Assembly: GCA_963666975.2 (NCBI GenBank)
Contig: CAXVYR010000003.1
Location: forward strand, 384,001-448,000
From: Terriglobia bacterium
GTDB lineage: Bacteria > Acidobacteriota > Terriglobia > 2-12-FULL-54-10
Reading direction: 5' to 3'
DNA: 64,000 nucleotides
Made by a program: the position numbers and the translations under genes. Within the stretch, counting starts at the first letter, position 1. Each line of letters starts with the position of its first letter. Positions 59,059-64,000 of the stretch are shown here, piece after piece. The notes below the pieces were generated by a model that made no database searches, was not told the DNA's origin, and worked only from the letters and a program-made list of their open reading frames with translations.

Positions 59059-60084
59059 ATGATAAAACAAAGAGCAAAGGAACTTCTGCTTGTGTTGTTG
59101 TTGATCGGGATTGGCGCTTACCCGATGGCGGCGGCCGACAACGACAAGAAGAAGAAACCCAAAGATGACGTTGAGGCGATCGGAGATCGGGACGTAGGCA
59201 AGGGGATGAATTTTTATTCGCTCGAGAAGGAAATCGCCCTCGGCAAGTCTCTGGCGCAGCAGGTGGAGCAGCAGTCCAGACTGGTGCAAGACCCGGTTGT
59301 GACGGAGTATGTGAACCGTGTTGGCCAAAACCTGGTTCGCAACTCGGATGCACGGGTGCCGTTCACCATCAAAGTCATCGACTCCGATGATATCAACGCG
59401 TTTGCGCTGCCGGGAGGGTTTTTCTTTGTCAATTCGGGGTTGATCCTGGCCACGGAATCGGAGGCTGAGTTGGCCGGTGTCATGGCCCATGAAATCGCCC
59501 ACGTTGCCGCGCGGCACGGAACAAAAAATGCCAGCAAGGCGCAATTAACGAACTATCTGACGATCCCCCTGATTTTTCTCGGCGGACCCATCGGATTTGG
59601 GGTGCGCTCAGCGGCGGGTCTGCTGATCCCGATGAAGTTCCTGCAATTTAACCGGGGCGCAGAGCGCGAAGCCGATTTCCTTGGATTACAGTATCACTAC
59701 AAGACAGGCTACGACCCGCAGGGTTTCGTGGAATTTTTCGAGAAAATTCAAGCCCGGGAAAAGACAAGGCCTGGTACGCTGGCCAAAGCCTTTTCCACGC
59801 ATCCTTTAACGCCTGACCGCATTATCGCTGCACAGAAAGAGATCAGCGAAATTCTTCCGGCCCGGCCGGAATATGTGGTGACAACGTCGGAATACGACAA
59901 AGTAGTGGCGCGCCTCCAGGTCCTGCACGACCGGGGCCGCGTGGAAGACGCAGAGGAAGACGGACGGCCGACCTTGCGCAGGTCCAGAAAGCGGGCGCCG
60001 CAGGCGAGTGAAGACACTGAGGGGCGGGAAGGCTCCGAAGACGCCGAAGATGAAGACGCGCGGCCGACTCTGCGAAGACGCTAG
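59059..60084 (+). CDS. M48-family metalloprotease (BepA/YfgC-like)
   Basis: Signal peptide, INAFALPGG, AHEIAH, EREAD, STHP. Confidence 0.93.
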   Translation: MIKQRAKELLLVLLLIGIGAYPMAAADNDKKKKPKDDVEAIGDRDVGKGMNFYSLEKEIALGKSLAQQVEQQSRLVQDPVVTEYVNRVGQNLVRNSDARVPFTIKVIDSDDINAFALPGGFFFVNSGLILATESEAELAGVMAHEIAHVAARHGTKNASKAQLTNYLTIPLIFLGGPIGFGVRSAAGLLIPMKFLQFNRGAEREADFLGLQYHYKTGYDPQGFVEFFEKIQAREKTRPGTLAKAFSTHPLTPDRIIAAQKEISEILPARPEYVVTTSEYDKVVARLQVLHDRGRVEDAEEDGRPTLRRSRKRAPQASEDTEGREGSEDAEDEDARPTLRRR

Positions 60085-60123
60085 CCGGCATGGGCTGGCG
60101 TCTTTGTGTGAGATAATACCGTG

Positions 60124-60705
60124 TCAGACCACGCCGTGCTTTCGCATTTCTTCGGAATAGTACTTCCGAAAGAGGATGTCCCATTCGGCGCTGCCCTCTA
60201 AAATTTCCCGTTTCTGTGAAAGTATCTTCTGGCGGGCGCTCTGGTCCACCTGATTCTCTGCTTTGAGCAGTTCTTGAATCTGCCGGACGATCTCCAGCCG
60301 GACCTCGTTCTTTTCCTCCAGCATCTCGATCTGCAGGGTCATGTTCGTCATGTTTTTAAGGAGAGTGTGTGAGAGCTCGATCACCTTGTCGCGGGATATC
60401 TTGCCGCCGTCCTTTTCACGCCCGCTCATAGGAACGAACCGGTATTTCTTCATGAGTTCCTTTTTTATGAGCTTGTACATCTCCTGGTAAGAGGCTGCCG
60501 TGCGGCGCATCTCTTCGCTGTATTTTTCTAAATAATCCCGGACCTCCTGGTTCAAGCGCTCTTCCTTGGCGAATTCATCAAGAATGATCTGGTTGATCTT
60601 CTCAGTAACCTGCTCCTTGTTGTGGAGCTTGACTTTGCCTGATTTCTCCATCCGAACAGGCATCTCGGCAGATAAATAAGCCACAAACTCTCTGGGAAGC
60701 GCCAT
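60124..60705 (-). CDS. Tandem DUF507-like protein
   Basis: ISRDKVIELSH, EGSAEWDILFRKYYSEE; two related halves. Confidence 0.75.
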   Translation of the reverse strand: MALPREFVAYLSAEMPVRMEKSGKVKLHNKEQVTEKINQIILDEFAKEERLNQEVRDYLEKYSEEMRRTAASYQEMYKLIKKELMKKYRFVPMSGREKDGGKISRDKVIELSHTLLKNMTNMTLQIEMLEEKNEVRLEIVRQIQELLKAENQVDQSARQKILSQKREILEGSAEWDILFRKYYSEEMRKHGVV

Positions 60706-60848
60706 GAACCCTCACTGCAAAAACCGATTAGCGTTTCAGTTTAGCTACTTCAACCCAGGGGTGTCAAACTTGCAGGGCGGGGAAGATTCGGCAGGCCGCG
60801 TTCGCATTGTTCGTTGCAGAGCGGCGATCCGCAGGCAGCAGTGGTTTC

Positions 60849-63798
60849 TTATTCGCCGATGGCGACCGTGACCGGATTGCTGTTCACTCCGTTGCTGCTT
60901 AAAATCAGACCGTGCTCTCCGGCAGAAACTCCGAATGGCACCTGAATGTTTACCTGGTAGAGTCCCACAAAAGTAGGGGCCAGGCCGGAAAAGGTGACCG
61001 GGGCGGAGATTCCGCCGATTGTTACGAAAGGCGTGGTTTGAGTGTGCGAAAGGGGGCTGGTGGATGCGGGTATTCCTGTATCCACAGAGGGCGAAGTGGT
61101 TCCGAGGCCGGTGGCAAACAGTTCCAGAAATTCGCCCGGGCGGGCGGGTTGCGCGGGCGTTACCAGAGAAGAGTCGGAGGCGTGCAGAATTGCGCCCCTT
61201 CCCTCGCCGCTCTGGTCGAGGGTGAAGATTCCCGGCGCGGCGGGGGAGAGCAGAACGGTTTCGGGCGGGCTCGTCAGACCGTTAATTTGCACCACCAATT
61301 GCGCCGAAGTTCGGCCAGCCAACTCGACGGGGACCTGCGCGTTGATCTGGTTGGGCGAGACGAACAGAAAGGGCGCTTGGAAGCCGCCGAGAGTCACCGT
61401 AACGCCTCCCAGGGATATGGGCAAAGGGAGGGGTCTGGGCAACCGCTGTAGTGTCAGCCATCTGTGTCCCGAAAATCGTGATCAGACTTCCGGCGGAAAC
61501 CAGCGGCGATCCTGAGCTGAAACTAGCGGCATTGCTTACTCCGGAGGCGTTCACGCGTGGCTGTAAAAAAGTGCTCCAGTATGGAACTGTTATAGTTTCC
61601 CCTGAATCTTCGCCGGAAAGGGTCAGGGATCCTTGCAGGGTCCCGCTGAGGGGTTCCGAGGAGAGAGCAGTGACGATTATGGTGGAGGTTTCCGCAGCGG
61701 CCAGCGTAAAGCCTGCGGGGGAGGCTGAAATTGTCAAGGCTTCGCTGCCTGCGGCCGGTGTGCTGGTGATGTTAAAAGTTTCGGCGGCGGCGCCCACATT
61801 GGTGACCAGAAGGCTTGCCGTAACGGACAGAATCGTATTTGCAGGCTGCGCGCCAAAGCTGAGGGAGACGGGCGAAACGGTGGCCACAGTGCCGAGCGCT
61901 GCTCCCGCGTCGAGCAGTCCATTTCCCCGGCTGAGAAGACCGGCAGGACCTCCGTCGAACGAGGAGACCTCTTTGCCTGCCGTGCTGACCAGCGCCGACT
62001 TGATTTGAGCAGGTGTGAAGGCAGGATTGGCTTGTTTCACCAATGCTGCCGCACCTGCAACCATGGGAGTCGCAAAGCTGGTACCGCTCGAGATGTCAAA
62101 ACCGGCGGGATCATATTGCACGCCGTCGGGGAAGTTCCTCTGGGTCGCGCTGTATAAATTTGTTCCCGGCGCTACCATGTCCGGCTTGATGCCGAAATCG
62201 GTGCTGGGTCCATTGGAGGAAAATTTGGACATCTGGTTGGGCATCGCCGGAATTGCTTCTTGTACGGCCCCGATGGTGGCCGTTACGTCCGGACCGGCTG
62301 TGCCCAAGAACTGTTTCAGATTCAGGCCGTCGGTGTTTCCGATCATGACCGCCGGTATTTGGGTAATGTTCTGGACGTCCATGGCGATGGGAGGTTGATT
62401 CAACTGATTATTGTAAATAACCACCCCGATGACGCCGGCCAGGTGGGCATTCAAAATCTTCTCGGAGAAATTGCAGTTTCCTCTGGAAATCAATACCAAC
62501 GCGCCGGCGAGGGAATCCAAAGGGAACTGCGAGCATGCTTTGTCCGAAGGCGCCACCGATGCCACGTCCAGCAGGGGTGCAGGTCCCACTGTGGTTGTAA
62601 GGGGCGGGCCGTTGCCCGGCAATGAGGCCATCTGTTCCAATTCCGGAGGCACCCCGCCGGGGGCGTCAATACGCAAAGGGTGTGCAAAGACGCGAGAATT
62701 TGTTGTTCCGCCCACCGTGATCGCGTGCGGGGAGATGCCGGGACTGCCGATGGTCCCTGTGCCCGGCCCTTGGTTACCCGCAGCGGTCACCACCGTTACG
62801 CCGTCCAAGACGGCCATGGCGACGGCCTGGGAAAGCGCATCGTTAACGGGCAGGGCGCTGGAGGTGGTTCCCAGGCTCATGTTGATAATGTCCATGCCGT
62901 CTTGAACGGCATCTTCCACTGCTTTGATGATGGCACCCAGGCTCGCCGTGTCATTGACGCCCGGTGTTCCAAACACCTTGTAGCTTCCCAGGAAAGCTTT
63001 GGGAGCAACTCCGGCGATGCTGGCCAGCGGACCTGTAACGCGGTTGCCGGCAGCAATTGCCGCAACAAATGTCCCGTGCCCGTCCCGGTCCTCAGCGTCG
63101 CAATTTGGGTCGGGAATTTCTAAGAGGCTGACATAATTCCGGGCCACAATCACCTTGAAGTTGGTGTAATCCTCATCGGAACCGGGACAGTCCACGCTGG
63201 CGGGAGTAAAAAGAGGGAAGCTGCCCGGCGGCGCCAGCGATGGGTCCTGGAACATCGGGTGGTTCGTGTCGATCCCGGTATCAATGACGGCGATCTTTAT
63301 ACCCTTCCCGGCGTTGCCTTCTCCGCCTATGCTTGGGTTCATCCATGCTTGCGGAACGCCGGCAAGAGGCAATGCAGTATCCAGCGCCTTGTGGTAACTG
63401 ATCGAGGGAATGACCTCTTCGACCTCGGCAAATTGCATTACGGCGGGCACGTCTTCCGGCCGCAAGGTGACCGCCATCCCATTGAACACGGTCTCCATCC
63501 GGGTTTGTACCTTTGCGCCCGGCAATTGTTCAATCAGTTGCTGGAGATTGGCCTGCTTGGCGTGAAGCCAGGACCGGTATTGCATTGCCGCCGGAGCCTG
63601 CAGGTCATGCCGCAAGGCTCGCCGCAGTTTGGAGGCACTCGGCTGGCTGTGAAGATGCAAAATGACGGGGGCGTCCCGCAGCTTCACAAGATATTGCTGA
63701 ACCCTCTCTTGAGCTTGCTCTTGGGCCTGTAAAGGGCTCCCAAGAAATCCGACAGCGGAGAGGGCAAGGCAAAGAGAAAGTAGAAATCGCAAAAGCAT
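60849..63798 (-). CDS. Secreted S8 subtilase (I9 prodomain, PA domain, Vpr-like) with TIGR03437-type C-terminal domain; single-base frameshift near 61430
   Basis: IDTGID, GHGT, SGTSFATP triad; VSNAASF / LPISLGG...SPNQINAQVP...GLYQVN split across frames at a C/T homopolymer stretch. Confidence 0.88.
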
Positions 63799-63810
63799 AC
63801 TTCAGTATCT

Positions 63811-63969
63811 TATAGCGTTTTCACAAATGGTGTAGACCGTCAGAGCCGCGACCGTTAGGGAGCGTCCACCCAGCGCTGATCGGCCAACCAAAGTGTTGTG
63901 GTCGCTCCTTTACAGTCGCGGCTCGGATTTCGGACCTTGCGAATCTACACCATTTTTGAAAACGGTATA
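63811..63969. mobile_element. 159-bp MITE/REPIN-like element (shell A), second copy
   Basis: Same length and IRs as 3225-3383, inverted, with substitutions. Confidence 0.85.
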
Positions 63970-64000
63970 ATGCACCGCAAAGGCGGCCTGCGCCCGGAGT

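Noticed and set aside
61415-61445. Frameshift separating the S8 protease from its C-terminal domain, considered as programmed frameshifting
   Set aside because: One extra base in a C/T homopolymer stretch with no slippery heptamer; sequencing error is more likely.

Overview
A roughly 60% GC bacterial chromosomal segment. Gene content and order suggest Acidobacteriota (inference: FecR-mreBCD-mrdA-rodA-rne, tmk-holB-hfq, and an S8 protease with a Solibacter-type C-terminal domain). Housekeeping and metabolic genes include an osmoprotectant ABC transporter, an IorAB-like molybdoenzyme, several peptidases, cystathionine beta-synthase, an AAA+/VWA pair and tRNA-Sec. Accessory DNA comprises a frameshifted IS256 copy beside a garbled duplicated region, a decayed toxin-antitoxin/hypothetical islet 3' of tRNA-Sec, and a type III restriction-modification locus whose mod gene is frameshifted in its catalytic motif. 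The most unusual non-coding signals are (1) small nested palindromic elements in which one GAGCCGCGACCGTNAGGGAGCGG REP doublet sits inside three different IS-like inverted-repeat shells and carries further nested inserts, and (2) a ~670-nt hairpin-rich leader before rne with a long-range helix ending next to the RBS. Several lesions (40- and 77-bp exact tandem duplications, single-base indels in homopolymers, a chimeric 4.1-5.2 kb stretch) look like assembly or sequencing artefacts, so all frameshift calls need checking against reads.
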